From IMG/VR virus record IMGVR_UViG_3300042870_001240: a stretch of 64,000 bases of DNA. One strand, written 5' to 3'. The DNA comes from a virus. Lineage: Duplodnaviria; Caudoviricetes. Made by a program: the position numbers and the translations under genes. Positions 20,417 to 31,272 of the stretch are shown piece after piece (position 1 is the stretch's first letter; every line of letters starts with the position of its first letter). The notes under the pieces were generated by a model. The model ran no database searches. It saw only the letters and a program-made list of their open reading frames with translations, and had not been told where the DNA came from.

Positions 20417-22231
20417 TCAATCTTTTAGAAGTTTACTCAGTTGAGCCTCCATTTCTCCTAAAGAATTTTTTCCCTTGGATAAATCAATATATGAATCCTC
20501 ATCCGTTAATGAGTTTGATTCTAATAGAATTTTTAAGTTATCTCGTTTAAAAGATTCTGGTGTCATTCCCGCACCTCCACCTGGCTCAGGTGGGGGTGGT
20601 GGCATTGATTCTCCTCCTCCTTCATCACCTCCTGGAGGTGGTGGAGCTCCTCCCGCATTTGCGGTTGACCCTGATTTATTACCGTATAGTTTGTCAACGT
20701 TATCAAATATTCCTGAATGAGTAATGATTGTTGCGGTGTTTGTTAACTCAGCACCAACCGCTTTCTCAATACGTTGTTGTTGTAAATCAAGTTTAATTTC
20801 TTCATCAGAGAACCCTAACACATGTTTTTTGGCCCATGATACTGATACAGGGGCAATACCTTCGATAGCGGTAACCGCGTCTTTATAAAGTAAAATCTTC
20901 TCTTTCCACAAATCAACTTTTAATAAATCCGCTTGAGATGATGGGTTAGTTAAACCTAATGTAAAGTTTGATAACTCGTCCTCAAACCCTAATAGGAATA
21001 AGTGAATGATTGCAATTTTATTCATTTCAGCAATCATACATTTTTGAATTCTATTAATGGTTCTTGCAAAACGAATATCCATTAACGATAAGTTTTTGCC
21101 GTCACCAACAATTTCCTCAAAACCTAAAAAAGCTTTAGGAACACGTAGTGCGGTTAATAATTTCTTTTGGATGTATTCTATATCAGCGATTTCCGATAAG
21201 TTCTGTGCCCCTGGTAATGTCTCAATTGGTGATGCTTGCGCTGGGTCACGAACAGGAATAAAGTAATCTTGGTCAACCGCCATTTGGTTGAATCGTAAAT
21301 CTACGTTTCCTGTATTTTTATCAACAACTTGGTCTCTTTTAAATTTGTTTGCAACACGTTGTACATATGCCTCAACATCTTTATCATCCATGTTACCAAC
21401 AAATACTTTAAATACTCTTCTTTCAGGGGCTCTTGATGTTCTATAAATTAACATCGCGTCTTCAGATAACAATAACTGTTTCCAAATACGTCTTGCCTTT
21501 TCTAACATTGAAGTACCGTAGGGAAGTTTTCTATCATCACCTAATAATCTAAAGTGAGCAATCTCCCATGAATTAAATTCCATCGCTTTGGCTTTCCAAT
21601 TAAATCTTAAACCTTTGTTTTCAATAGGTTCATCGATGTTTTGTTTTGCCGCTTGAGCTGGCATACCTCTTTCTAATCGTTCAATTTCGATGTTTGGAAG
21701 TTGCATACAACCAACAATACCTTTATCCGAATCTAATTTTAGGTAGACAAAGTTATCACCATATTTACATGTATTTCTTACCCACATAGGTAAGTTTGTA
21801 TTAATATCTAACACATTATTAAATAAATCGGCTAGTATTGATTTGATTCTTTTTGATTCAGAATAGATTTGTAACATATATCCGTTTTCATCAACCGTTG
21901 TTGATTCTTCACCATAAATGTCTAACGCCGCAGAAATTTCAGGAGTATACTCCATAGATTCGTAATCGTAAAATGATGACAATCTTGTTGGTTCATAATA
22001 AATCGATTGGGTATACATGTTACTCTCAATCTTTGTCCATTGATTTGCTAAGTAATATGTTTGTTGAGCTTGTAATAACTCTTTATCGTATTCTTGTTTA
22101 GAAGTAGTCTTTAATAAGTCTTTTCTGTCAAACTTATATGTTGGGTAATCCTGATTTAACAGGGCGTTAGGTCCAAATGCGTGGGATAACCTTTGCCATA
22201 CTGTTAAATTTCCATTGTCGTTATTTTCCAT
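20417..22231 (-). CDS. portal protein (T4 gp20-like)
   Basis: YRTSRAPERRVF...VGNM, DYFIPVR, IETLPG, ALRVPK. Confidence 0.93.
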   Translation of the reverse strand: MENNDNGNLTVWQRLSHAFGPNALLNQDYPTYKFDRKDLLKTTSKQEYDKELLQAQQTYYLANQWTKIESNMYTQSIYYEPTRLSSFYDYESMEYTPEISAALDIYGEESTTVDENGYMLQIYSESKRIKSILADLFNNVLDINTNLPMWVRNTCKYGDNFVYLKLDSDKGIVGCMQLPNIEIERLERGMPAQAAKQNIDEPIENKGLRFNWKAKAMEFNSWEIAHFRLLGDDRKLPYGTSMLEKARRIWKQLLLSEDAMLIYRTSRAPERRVFKVFVGNMDDKDVEAYVQRVANKFKRDQVVDKNTGNVDLRFNQMAVDQDYFIPVRDPAQASPIETLPGAQNLSEIADIEYIQKKLLTALRVPKAFLGFEEIVGDGKNLSLMDIRFARTINRIQKCMIAEMNKIAIIHLFLLGFEDELSNFTLGLTNPSSQADLLKVDLWKEKILLYKDAVTAIEGIAPVSVSWAKKHVLGFSDEEIKLDLQQQRIEKAVGAELTNTATIITHSGIFDNVDKLYGNKSGSTANAGGAPPPPGGDEGGGESMPPPPPEPGGGAGMTPESFKRDNLKILLESNSLTDEDSYIDLSKGKNSLGEMEAQLSKLLKD

Positions 22232-22268
22232 ATTCTAAATTTAATTCTTATTAGGGATAACTAAATAG

Positions 22269-22439
22269 TTATGAATTCCCTTTGTTTTTGGTATTATTAT
22301 TTGCGTTGTTGTCAGACCCCCCCTGTCGATTAATATTGTTATCTCCACCGGGTTTTACTGAACTTATACCTTGACCAGGAACATTCAATTTACTTCCATT
22401 GAATTTTCTGCCTGATTTTTTTCTTCCTACTAATCCCAT
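22269..22439 (-). CDS. small basic Gly/Asn-rich protein (56 aa, not in ORF track)
   Basis: MGLVGRKKSGRKFNGSK...KGNS*; TATTTAT at 22454-22460. Confidence 0.55.
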   Translation of the reverse strand: MGLVGRKKSGRKFNGSKLNVPGQGISSVKPGGDNNINRQGGSDNNANNNTKNKGNS

Positions 22440-22460
22440 TGTTTTGTTTTATTATAAATA

Positions 22461-24227
22461 TTAACGACCACCAAATAACCAACCGTATTTCGCATATTCC
22501 TCACGACCAACATTAGTATTTGAGAATTGGTTAATTCTGTCTCCACCATAAGGCATTACAGGATTGAATTCAATTTGTTTACTGGCGGAGTGGTTATTAT
22601 TAACCGACCAAGAATCTAACATAGCCTTAGTATGTTCAGTTACTTTAGTTAAATTACTAAAAGATGATTCGGCAACATATGTCGCCATAGCAATAGACAT
22701 AATTAAATCATCATGGTGACCCTTTTGGTGGTCAGGTCTACCACTGATATAAATAAACGTATTCATCTCATTATAGAGTCTTGCACTATATATTTTAAAA
22801 TCGTGTCTCATAACCTCTTCAAAAGACGCAATTATTTGAACTCGTTTATTATTAAAATTTATTCCAGGAATTTTTTCTAAGGCTTTAGGGTCGTATTTCC
22901 ATTTGTTTGCACTATCCACACCGTCAACATAAAGATTCTTGTAACCCATTTCCTGCATCTTTCTTGCAGTTGAGACTCCCATACCCCCTGTGATATCTAT
23001 CACAACAAAACAAGAATACATATTAGCCCATTTATAACAAATCTCGGCCATTGTGTCAGGAGGTAATTTACCAACATATTCGGCAACTTGTTCTCTCGTA
23101 TCAAAATCAATTATTTGGAACGAACTAAAATCCTCACTATCTCCACGACTGACATCGACACCCATAACATACTTGTGACCAATAACAGGTTCTTTCCATA
23201 TCCATAAAGCATTCCCCATCATTTTAGTTTGGGGTTCAGTTATCATATTTTCACGAATCTTTTGTAATAATACCGAATCAAATACGTTATCTCCCGAACC
23301 TAAAAAATTACACTCCAACTCTTGTGATACTTTTCTCTTATCGTATTTAAGTTTTTTAACCATCCCCTCAAACCAAGAAGAACAAGGTTTATATCCCTCG
23401 TCCATAATTTCTCTAAGTTTAATGTAGTCTCTGTCATCAAATGAAATATCACCCCAACTTATAATATTATCTTTATCGTATTCTTCTTTGTTTAATAAAT
23501 AATGAATAACATTATCTGTCTTAACAAGATATAAATCTTTAGTATATCTTGGGTCTCTATACCAAAACATTTCAGTGATTTTAAAATCGTTCATGTTTCT
23601 TAATGCTTGGTCATAGATTTCGTAATAAATTGCGTCATAACCATTCGGTGTTGAAACGACAATCACTTTACCTCCTGTTGATAGGGACGCCATACAAGCA
23701 GACCAAAAATCACTGTCGGCTTCGATAAAGGCCGCCTCATCAAATATTAATATTGTCGGTGTAAATCCACGTAAAGCATCCTTTGATGTTGCAACCGCTT
23801 TAACTTCACATCCGTTAGTTAATTTATAATGTTTCTGTGAGTTCTTATCAAGTGAAAACCCTGCATTAGTCCATGACGGCCATTGAGACACAAATGCCTT
23901 AATTTTATTCGCCATCTCAACAGAAGTATCCAACTTATTTGCAATAATTAGAATTTTTTCAGGTCGTTCTTTTTTAGCGAAAACTAATTTTTTTGATGCC
24001 CATCCTGCGGTTACTGTGGTTACTCCAGCCTGTCGGTATTTTAAAGCAATGTTTTCATTATAGTTCTCATAATCCTCTAGCAATGAAATTTGGTCAGGAA
24101 ATAATTCCAATGGGACATATTTTGACACAGTGTTATCATATGTTTGTAAGTATGTTCTTAACGCATAAGGTGTGTCCCTCATACATTTTACATACTCCAT
24201 TAATAACTGTTCTTTTGTTAAAGTCAT
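22461..24227 (-). CDS. terminase large subunit (T4 gp17-like)
   Basis: KYRQAGVTT Walker A, LIFDEAAF Walker B, STPNG, MGVDVSRG, HDDLIM. Confidence 0.95.
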   Translation of the reverse strand: MTLTKEQLLMEYVKCMRDTPYALRTYLQTYDNTVSKYVPLELFPDQISLLEDYENYNENIALKYRQAGVTTVTAGWASKKLVFAKKERPEKILIIANKLDTSVEMANKIKAFVSQWPSWTNAGFSLDKNSQKHYKLTNGCEVKAVATSKDALRGFTPTILIFDEAAFIEADSDFWSACMASLSTGGKVIVVSTPNGYDAIYYEIYDQALRNMNDFKITEMFWYRDPRYTKDLYLVKTDNVIHYLLNKEEYDKDNIISWGDISFDDRDYIKLREIMDEGYKPCSSWFEGMVKKLKYDKRKVSQELECNFLGSGDNVFDSVLLQKIRENMITEPQTKMMGNALWIWKEPVIGHKYVMGVDVSRGDSEDFSSFQIIDFDTREQVAEYVGKLPPDTMAEICYKWANMYSCFVVIDITGGMGVSTARKMQEMGYKNLYVDGVDSANKWKYDPKALEKIPGINFNNKRVQIIASFEEVMRHDFKIYSARLYNEMNTFIYISGRPDHQKGHHDDLIMSIAMATYVAESSFSNLTKVTEHTKAMLDSWSVNNNHSASKQIEFNPVMPYGGDRINQFSNTNVGREEYAKYGWLFGGR

Positions 24228-24303
24228 AAAACCATTTTTATATAAATATCAAAACCCCCATTTAAATTAATAAATGAGGGTTTATATAAATTTAATCTTT
24301 ATT

Positions 24304-25647
24304 TTAAAAACCTAAAGAAGATAAATCAATGTCATCTAAGTCATCATCTTCATCATCGTCATTATTCATACTATCTTCGTAATCTTGTTTCTTCAAATCC
24401 TTAACAATTTCGTCAACCATTCTTTGGATAAATTGAGTTCCCTGTGGGTCACCATTTAAAATCAATTTTGCAACTCTAAAAAATTCTTTAGCATCTAACT
24501 TAGAGAATCTCATGAAAAGATAATGTTGGATATGTTTCATATCATCTTCGAATAATTCCGCAGGATATGTGTCAATAAATTTCTCCCAAAATACAGGACC
24601 TAATCTTGAATCCCAAATCTCAGCAGGTAACGTATCTTCAGCGTTCATAACCAATTCTTGTTGTTTCGGGTCGTCAGGTAAACCATGGGTGCCAAATACC
24701 TCATAAACACCTTTTACTAATTCGTGAATAAGTAATGGGAATGTTGCCGCTCTTGCTTTAACTGTTGGTGGGTCGGTTTGTTCGTCAACTTCACTTTGAC
24801 CCATTTGTCCACCGCCTCCACCAGCCATTCCTTCCATATCAGGATATATCCAATACATATGTTCCATCAATGATTGTGTCACACCATAAAGGTTTAATAA
24901 TTGTGGGTCTAATCTATTTAATTCTTCACCAACCAAAACATACATATGACCACCTTTAAATGCCGCCCCTTGTATTAATGAGTTAATAAATCTTCTTTTT
25001 GCCTTTTCTAAATTGAATTGTTCAAACGCATCTGCAAAATTTAATAAATCTTCAGTGTGTTCTTCCGCCTCTTTAAACGCATCTTCAACTTCTTCTTCTT
25101 CAGGTTCTTGAGGTTCTGTTCTCATACCTTTGGCGGCACTCATACCACCATGAACTAATTTGGCGTCAAATTGTAACGAACCTTTAGGAATTCCAAGTTC
25201 TTTCTTAACCAAATCAATTGCCAAATTTTCAAGATATTCTTTGTTTTGACTTTCTATTCTTGAGATTTGTTGTAAACCTCCCATAGCCATACCCATAAGG
25301 TTCATTAAAGGATTTGCACCTTGTAGTGGAGCCGTATTACCTAAATAACGTCTAACCTTTTCCACAGAGTCTTTAAATCGTTTAGACGAAACCACCTCAA
25401 TAAAATCTCTATCTCCACCTGGCATCGCAGGATGTTCGTGATACGGAGTTTCTTTAGAAGTAATTTTCCTTTCAATCCCTGGCTCCATTCTTTCAGGTCC
25501 TTCGTAATCAATCGGAGCCTCTCTTAAACTTGATTTAATTTCAGTTAAAAGAGAACGTTCTCTATTTGTTAAACCTTCAGATAAAGATTTTTTCTCTAAC
25601 TGTCTTTTAATTCTTAATATTTTTTCCATTTTTAAATTCAAGCTCAT
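24304..25647 (-). CDS. hypothetical protein, probably head-associated
   Basis: 447-aa ORF; LxE motifs; acidic tail. Confidence 0.6.
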   Translation of the reverse strand: MSLNLKMEKILRIKRQLEKKSLSEGLTNRERSLLTEIKSSLREAPIDYEGPERMEPGIERKITSKETPYHEHPAMPGGDRDFIEVVSSKRFKDSVEKVRRYLGNTAPLQGANPLMNLMGMAMGGLQQISRIESQNKEYLENLAIDLVKKELGIPKGSLQFDAKLVHGGMSAAKGMRTEPQEPEEEEVEDAFKEAEEHTEDLLNFADAFEQFNLEKAKRRFINSLIQGAAFKGGHMYVLVGEELNRLDPQLLNLYGVTQSLMEHMYWIYPDMEGMAGGGGGQMGQSEVDEQTDPPTVKARAATFPLLIHELVKGVYEVFGTHGLPDDPKQQELVMNAEDTLPAEIWDSRLGPVFWEKFIDTYPAELFEDDMKHIQHYLFMRFSKLDAKEFFRVAKLILNGDPQGTQFIQRMVDEIVKDLKKQDYEDSMNNDDDEDDDLDDIDLSSLGF

Positions 25648-25648
25648 G

Positions 25649-26596
25649 TTATTTTAATTTAATTCCTATCGATTTAAATGACAACCAACTTGGTAATTTT
25701 CCTTTAGACGCCTTTGGAGCCTTTTTAGGTCCTGGTTTAGGACTATAAGGTGTTGAGGGTTCATTTGGTTTTGTTATTGGTTCTTTAATCTTTGGTTTAG
25801 TTTCTTGTTCATCAAACTCACGTTTGTGTGCCTTTGGAGCCTTTTTAGGACCTGGTTTAGGACTATAAGGTGTTGAAGGTTCATTTGGTTTTGTTATTGG
25901 TTCTTTAATCTTTGGTTTAGTTTCTTGTTCAGATACTAAAGATAAGAAATCTTTTTTAGACATTTTAGGTGTAATGTGTTTTTCGACTAATTTCATGATT
26001 TTTTTTTCAAGTTCACTTTCGCCCATACCTCTAACCCTTGGTGAAACCTTATCTAAGTTCATCAAATTAGCTTTAGTTATGGCTCCACCAACCATATCCA
26101 TATAACCTTCCTTAGTTTCTTTTTTCTTTTCAGGCAATTTTTTAAAATTTGTTTTCTCAGCAAATTCTTCGGCCATTTTACACCATTTTTTTTGTTCTTT
26201 GGTTTTACCATCACCACATTTTGCGAAGAAATACTTTTGTTGTTTTTTTGATTCGAATTTCTCTGCAAGATTTTTATATTCTTGTAATGAATCAGGGTCA
26301 CCGTCACCTGTAGGACCTTTTTGAATAGGGTCCTGAGTATCACCTTTCATTACCCACTCCATTTCAGAATCGGTGTCTTCATAAACTTCAAAGTCATCAG
26401 TTTCGGTTGTAAGTTGAACATTTGCGTTAGGGTCCATTTTATTAAGTTCTAAAGCCTTTTTAGGGTCGTTAGTCGTAATAGACTCAACAAGTCTTTTGTA
26501 TAAAGAGTTTATTTGTCCCTCATTCAAATCAGAAAGAAGTGAACCACTAAATCCGTGGTTAATTAATTGAAGTATTTTTCTATTATTAGTTTTCAT
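25649..26596 (-). CDS. hypothetical protein with a Pro/Lys-rich duplication
   Basis: EQETKPKIKEPITKPNEPSTPYSPKPGPKKAPKA occurs twice. Confidence 0.65.
   Translation of the reverse strand: MKTNNRKILQLINHGFSGSLLSDLNEGQINSLYKRLVESITTNDPKKALELNKMDPNANVQLTTETDDFEVYEDTDSEMEWVMKGDTQDPIQKGPTGDGDPDSLQEYKNLAEKFESKKQQKYFFAKCGDGKTKEQKKWCKMAEEFAEKTNFKKLPEKKKETKEGYMDMVGGAITKANLMNLDKVSPRVRGMGESELEKKIMKLVEKHITPKMSKKDFLSLVSEQETKPKIKEPITKPNEPSTPYSPKPGPKKAPKAHKREFDEQETKPKIKEPITKPNEPSTPYSPKPGPKKAPKASKGKLPSWLSFKSIGIKLK
25710..25931. repeat. 102-bp direct repeat x2 (period 120 bp)
   Basis: 25710-25811 and 25830-25931 near-identical. Confidence 0.9.
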
Positions 26597-26996
26597 AAAC
26601 TACTTTTTTTTCGAATTCAAGAACTATGTCCCTTTCATACAATTTATTTTTAACCGATTCCTCAGTTTCTCCGAATCTAAACACTAATCTTTTGTTTACC
26701 TCAAAATTAGTTGTTTCGGTTTCGTTCTCCCAAGATAAAGCAATTACACCATCAATTGCATCCATCATTGAAAAATAATCAGAATTTTGTATTACCGATA
26801 AAGTTATTTTATCGTTTTTTAAAACCCCAACTTTATTTATGTGTTCCAAATCAGGTGGTGATGGGTATCCGTTAGATGGTTTAGATTCCCAAGAATCTCC
26901 CCAAATACTTTCCAAATCTACAGAGAAAATAAATTCGTAAATGTTATCTCCTTTATAGTTTGGTCCTAATTCGTTTACATAAATTAAATAACTCAT
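26586..26996 (-). CDS. hypothetical protein
   Basis: ORF overlapping both neighbours. Confidence 0.65.
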   Translation of the reverse strand: MSYLIYVNELGPNYKGDNIYEFIFSVDLESIWGDSWESKPSNGYPSPPDLEHINKVGVLKNDKITLSVIQNSDYFSMMDAIDGVIALSWENETETTNFEVNKRLVFRFGETEESVKNKLYERDIVLEFEKKVVYEN

Positions 26997-28606
26997 AGAA
27001 TACTACCTTTAGGTGTTACTCTAAGTGTTTTATTATTATATTCAAATACTAAGTTATTATTTTTATTCTTTCCTAAAAGTTTCGCTTTTGGGTATTTTGT
27101 AATAATTTTTGTTGAAGATATCTCTTGAGAGATACTTTCCGATAAACTTTTAATTCTTTGAGCTGTTTTTTTGTTTTTTTCTGACTCAGTTAATTGTTTT
27201 TTCTTTTTTTGTTCAGTTAAAACTCTTTCTTTTTCGTCAATTTTAAAATATTTTATTAAAATATTATCTACTTTAGATTCTGAGAACATTCCCTCAATCA
27301 TCTCTTCCATGTGACTTGCGTGGTCATCGGATATTCTATGGTCTTTAATTTTTCTAGACCCTCTTGGTCTGTGTCTTGGATACTCTTCAACATCATCATC
27401 AATATCACTTACTTCATTTGTGAATAAACCTCTAACAAATGCTTCAGGGTCAATCTTATCTTTATCTTCACTCATAAAATCTTCACCCATTTCAGATTTT
27501 TTGGTTTTCACTTTAAATGGTCTACCAGTTTTTTCTTTATAGAGATTAAACATTTTTTCTCCGTCATTATTACTAAACCACTTTTGTTTATCTCCGTATT
27601 TATCTTGTAACTTTTGAAAACTATCAAATTCTTCAGTATCAAAATCATCATCATTACCTACACCGTAGATTTCAGAATCTTTAGCCATTCTGTCATTTTC
27701 ATCATAATAGGTGTCACCTTTATAGTCATTTCTTCTCATATTACCGAATGACCCATACATACTTTCACCCATTTCACCTTCAGGTGCCACAGGTGGTTCG
27801 GTTTCCACGCCTTCTTCACCCATACCTTCTTCACCTTCTTCACCCATTCCTTCTTCACCCTCAAATTTAGACATAATTTCTTCTTTATCCTCTTCTTCTA
27901 ATGAATTTAAATCAAGTGCCGATAACACAGAATTAATAACATATTTTGTGTCGTTAGAAGTCATTTCATTTTCTTCATCAGATGAAAAAACTCTTAATTT
28001 TTGTGCTAACTTACCTGTTAGTTTTTGGATAGTCTTTAATGTTACAGGTTCGTCTTCTTGTCCTTCTTCATTACCCATATCATCTTCCATACCCATATCG
28101 TCTTCCATACCCATACTATCTTCAGGTGAAGGTGTTGGTGCGGGAGCAGGTTCAGGGGAGGGTGCTGGTGCGGGTGCAGGAGCGGGAGCAGGTGCGGGGG
28201 CCGCTTGCTCAACCGTTGGTAATTTCAAAGTGTATCTGTTTTCATCAACTTCACTTTCAGTGAATAATGATAAATTTTTAGTATAACCTTCAGAAACATT
28301 AATTTCTTTAATAATTAAATTTAATCTTTTTAACGCTTGAGAGTATGATGAATAATATTTTCTATTTTTCATAGGGTCAAGATACTCTTGAGTCGACTCA
28401 TTAATACCTTTTTTAATTACGTATCCGTTTTTTTCTTTAACGATATTATAGGTGTTGCCGTCAGACAATACTTTTTTAAATTCGTTAGATTTATCTTCAT
28501 TAATAGGTTGAGGAATATTTTCATTATATCTTGATATCTCAATCATACGTTTAATCTTATCCATACCTTGTAGTTTTTCACTACCAATCGGTCTTAAATT
28601 TCCCAT
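26993..28606 (-). CDS. acidic protein with a Pro-Ala linker, probably core/scaffold-like
   Basis: (AP)n tract, E/D-rich; TATTTAT at 28641-28647. Confidence 0.6.
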   Translation of the reverse strand: MGNLRPIGSEKLQGMDKIKRMIEISRYNENIPQPINEDKSNEFKKVLSDGNTYNIVKEKNGYVIKKGINESTQEYLDPMKNRKYYSSYSQALKRLNLIIKEINVSEGYTKNLSLFTESEVDENRYTLKLPTVEQAAPAPAPAPAPAPAPSPEPAPAPTPSPEDSMGMEDDMGMEDDMGNEEGQEDEPVTLKTIQKLTGKLAQKLRVFSSDEENEMTSNDTKYVINSVLSALDLNSLEEEDKEEIMSKFEGEEGMGEEGEEGMGEEGVETEPPVAPEGEMGESMYGSFGNMRRNDYKGDTYYDENDRMAKDSEIYGVGNDDDFDTEEFDSFQKLQDKYGDKQKWFSNNDGEKMFNLYKEKTGRPFKVKTKKSEMGEDFMSEDKDKIDPEAFVRGLFTNEVSDIDDDVEEYPRHRPRGSRKIKDHRISDDHASHMEEMIEGMFSESKVDNILIKYFKIDEKERVLTEQKKKKQLTESEKNKKTAQRIKSLSESISQEISSTKIITKYPKAKLLGKNKNNNLVFEYNNKTLRVTPKGSIL

Positions 28607-28691
28607 TTTAATGTTTTTTGTTTTTTAAATTATTTTATATATAAATATACCGATTAACCCAAATTATCTTTTATTAATTCTAAAAATAAAC

Positions 28692-30635
28692 TTAGGCATA
28701 TATTTTAGGTGGACTCACGTCATCAGTTGATAAAACTTTTGCAACTAAATCCCCTGTTCCCCAAGTTTTTAATGATTCACATTTACTTAATTTGTCTGAA
28801 CCAATATCATTTTTTAACCCATTAGTTATACATGTATAATACGGTAACAATAATGTTTTAACGGTTGCCTCAATACCATAATTAGGTGTTGAATAGTTTT
28901 TAACCCCTACTTTATTGTAATCTGACATTCCTGAATCTTTACTTAATTTAAATGTTGTATTAAATGGGTTGTTAGTAGCCTTACCACCCTCACCCTTTCT
29001 CCAAGCGTAAAAGAATTTTAAATTTTCATCGGTAATTGGAGCACCAACACCCGTTAAAATTGCGGTGTAAAAATCCTTATCGTTACCAACATTAATTTTG
29101 TCAAAATCTGAGGTTGTTTGAATTTTACTCAAATTGGAATCTTTAAATCCTTTTGAGGTTAATAAATCAAACAATTTTGTTAAATCTTCTTCAGATAATT
29201 TACCGTCAGAATTTATACCGTTGTCAGTTTCAAACGATTTTACTGCCATTTCAGTTTCAGGGCCAAATAAACCATCAACCCCCCATTTAGGTAGCGAATA
29301 ACCTAAAAACTGTAATGCGGTTTGTATTTTTTTAACATCCATATCATAAGGGATTTTTGAGTTTGGTTTTTTTAAATTCACAAATTCTTTTCCTGATTTT
29401 GAAATTGTGTTTAAATCTGATAGGAATGTTCCCCCTGTTTCTTTTGAGGGTGTTTGAGCACTCTCTTTTGAACCTGTGAATATTTGTTCAGAATTAACTA
29501 AAAGGTCTTTTAAATGATGACCTCTTGGTAACCCTATGTGTACGTGAGTAATATCTGGATGGTCTAACCATTCAGAGATTGCTCCGATATAGTCACCAAC
29601 TTTAACAATATCACCCTTTTGTAATTTAACGTCTTTTAAATGGGTATAAAAAATATCAGGGAAATCTCCCGAACCTTTAATTGATACTTGAGTACCAAAT
29701 ATTTTACCCGAGTTTTTACCTGTATCCCTAACTTTACTAACCGTTCCGTCAGTATAAGAATTCACCACCGTTCCTGGAGGTGAAAATATATCCCAAGCAT
29801 TATCCGATTCCCAATTACCGAGAGCTCTTCTTCCATGGTTTTTTGGTCCGTTTTCTAAATCAGTTTTAAATGTTCCACCAATATTTGTTGTCGATTCTTT
29901 AATTGATAGTTTTTTATCGGTATACTCATTTTCAAAATCAAATAATTTTTGCATATATCCGTTTCTTCTTAGAACTTTGAACACCAAATTTTCATCTGAA
30001 TATTCCCCATCTTTTTCTAATCCACAAGTCCTATATTTCTTAATTTTATCTTTATATTTTTGAATTAATTTTTTTGCATCATCAAGAGGTTCATCTTGAG
30101 CATTTTCAAGGGCTCCATCAATAATCTCCATCCATTTGGATGCTTTATTTTTAATTAAATTTGTGTCAATCTCAACATTTTCTTTTTTAGATTTATTTAT
30201 CCACTCGTCATGTAATACAGAATAGACACCACTACTAAAATGTGCTTCAGATTCGTTTTGTATGTATAACTCCACCTCATAACCGTATATTGTTATATTA
30301 TGGTTATCATTATACATTGTTTTCTTTAGAGTGAATAACTCAGTATACAACGGTAATTGTGATTCTGGAAATTGGTTGAAGTCAACTAAGATGTGTAAAT
30401 CAATATCTGAAAAGGTTGACCAATTATAATTAGCCAAAGACCCCGTCATAATTATATCTGACACAACAACATCAACTTTTAGGAATTCTATGAACTCATA
30501 AGCAATATCAAGAAGACGAGCTCTAACTTTAGGGTTCATCGTTTTTTCGTCATTTCCTGACGATTTCCATATCTTTGGATTTAATTCATCCTTTAAATGA
30601 AAACTATTTAAAATGTTTTTTAGGTTACTCATCAA
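28692..30635 (-). CDS. nucleotidyltransferase fused to M23 peptidase, PG-binding and putative glycan-hydrolase domains
   Basis: TGSLANYNWSTFSDIDLH; AWDIF...YTHL...HVHIG; IQTALQFLGY...VDGLFGPET; EGGKATNNPFNTT. Confidence 0.75.
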   Translation of the reverse strand: MMSNLKNILNSFHLKDELNPKIWKSSGNDEKTMNPKVRARLLDIAYEFIEFLKVDVVVSDIIMTGSLANYNWSTFSDIDLHILVDFNQFPESQLPLYTELFTLKKTMYNDNHNITIYGYEVELYIQNESEAHFSSGVYSVLHDEWINKSKKENVEIDTNLIKNKASKWMEIIDGALENAQDEPLDDAKKLIQKYKDKIKKYRTCGLEKDGEYSDENLVFKVLRRNGYMQKLFDFENEYTDKKLSIKESTTNIGGTFKTDLENGPKNHGRRALGNWESDNAWDIFSPPGTVVNSYTDGTVSKVRDTGKNSGKIFGTQVSIKGSGDFPDIFYTHLKDVKLQKGDIVKVGDYIGAISEWLDHPDITHVHIGLPRGHHLKDLLVNSEQIFTGSKESAQTPSKETGGTFLSDLNTISKSGKEFVNLKKPNSKIPYDMDVKKIQTALQFLGYSLPKWGVDGLFGPETEMAVKSFETDNGINSDGKLSEEDLTKLFDLLTSKGFKDSNLSKIQTTSDFDKINVGNDKDFYTAILTGVGAPITDENLKFFYAWRKGEGGKATNNPFNTTFKLSKDSGMSDYNKVGVKNYSTPNYGIEATVKTLLLPYYTCITNGLKNDIGSDKLSKCESLKTWGTGDLVAKVLSTDDVSPPKIYA

Positions 30636-30662
30636 AAATAAATATTTGAGTAATTCAATTTG

Positions 30663-30905
30663 TTACAATTTTTTATATTTAAATGTTTTTGCAATCTTAG
30701 TGCTGAAAAACTTTCCTTGAGATTCGGACATTCTAAACTGAGTGTATAATTGATGAGGGACTTCATCATATTCGTATTTCATACCGTTTTTAAACTCAAT
30801 TATTAGTTTTTTACTTTCGGTATCATATTCTGTTTTTGTTAGATTACTTGAATCTATTTCATTAATAATCTTCGTTCCGATTATCTGTTCTTTTTTTATC
30901 GCCAT
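30663..30905 (-). CDS. KTSC-domain protein
   Basis: SSNL...YD....L.IEFKNG..YEY..VP...Y..F..SESQGKFF. Confidence 0.85.
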   Translation of the reverse strand: MAIKKEQIIGTKIINEIDSSNLTKTEYDTESKKLIIEFKNGMKYEYDEVPHQLYTQFRMSESQGKFFSTKIAKTFKYKKL

Positions 30906-31203
30906 TTTTTAAAGGTATTTCTAAATCAATTAATGCCATTTTATTTTTAAGATACTCAACAAATTCATTATGGTCAATATCTGGAAAGAAACCTTTTAAT
31001 TCTTCAAATAATTTTGAATGTAAAGAACTAAATTTTTGAAAATTTTTCATAATATCATTTGGGTAGTAAGGTGGTTTCTCCAAGTCTTTTTCAGTCCATC
31101 CTTCTCTTCGGAACGCTCGTCTTAATTCTCTATATGTTTCTAAAATATCTTCATCGGCCTTTAAAGTTGTGATATATTTTGTATAATGTTTTATCATATC
31201 CAT
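30862..31203 (-). CDS. hypothetical protein
   Basis: TATTTAT at 31208-31214. Confidence 0.6.
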   Translation of the reverse strand: MDMIKHYTKYITTLKADEDILETYRELRRAFRREGWTEKDLEKPPYYPNDIMKNFQKFSSLHSKLFEELKGFFPDIDHNEFVEYLKNKMALIDLEIPLKNGDKKRTDNRNEDY

Positions 31204-31272
31204 ACTTATAAATATAACGTTGTTTGAGTTGAAATTACCAAATTAAAGATTATATTTAAAAAAAACACTTAC

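Noticed and set aside
14379-24227. Introns or inteins in capsid, portal or terminase genes
   Set aside because: Frames are continuous and no C...HN intein motifs were seen; the capsid insertion lacks splicing motifs
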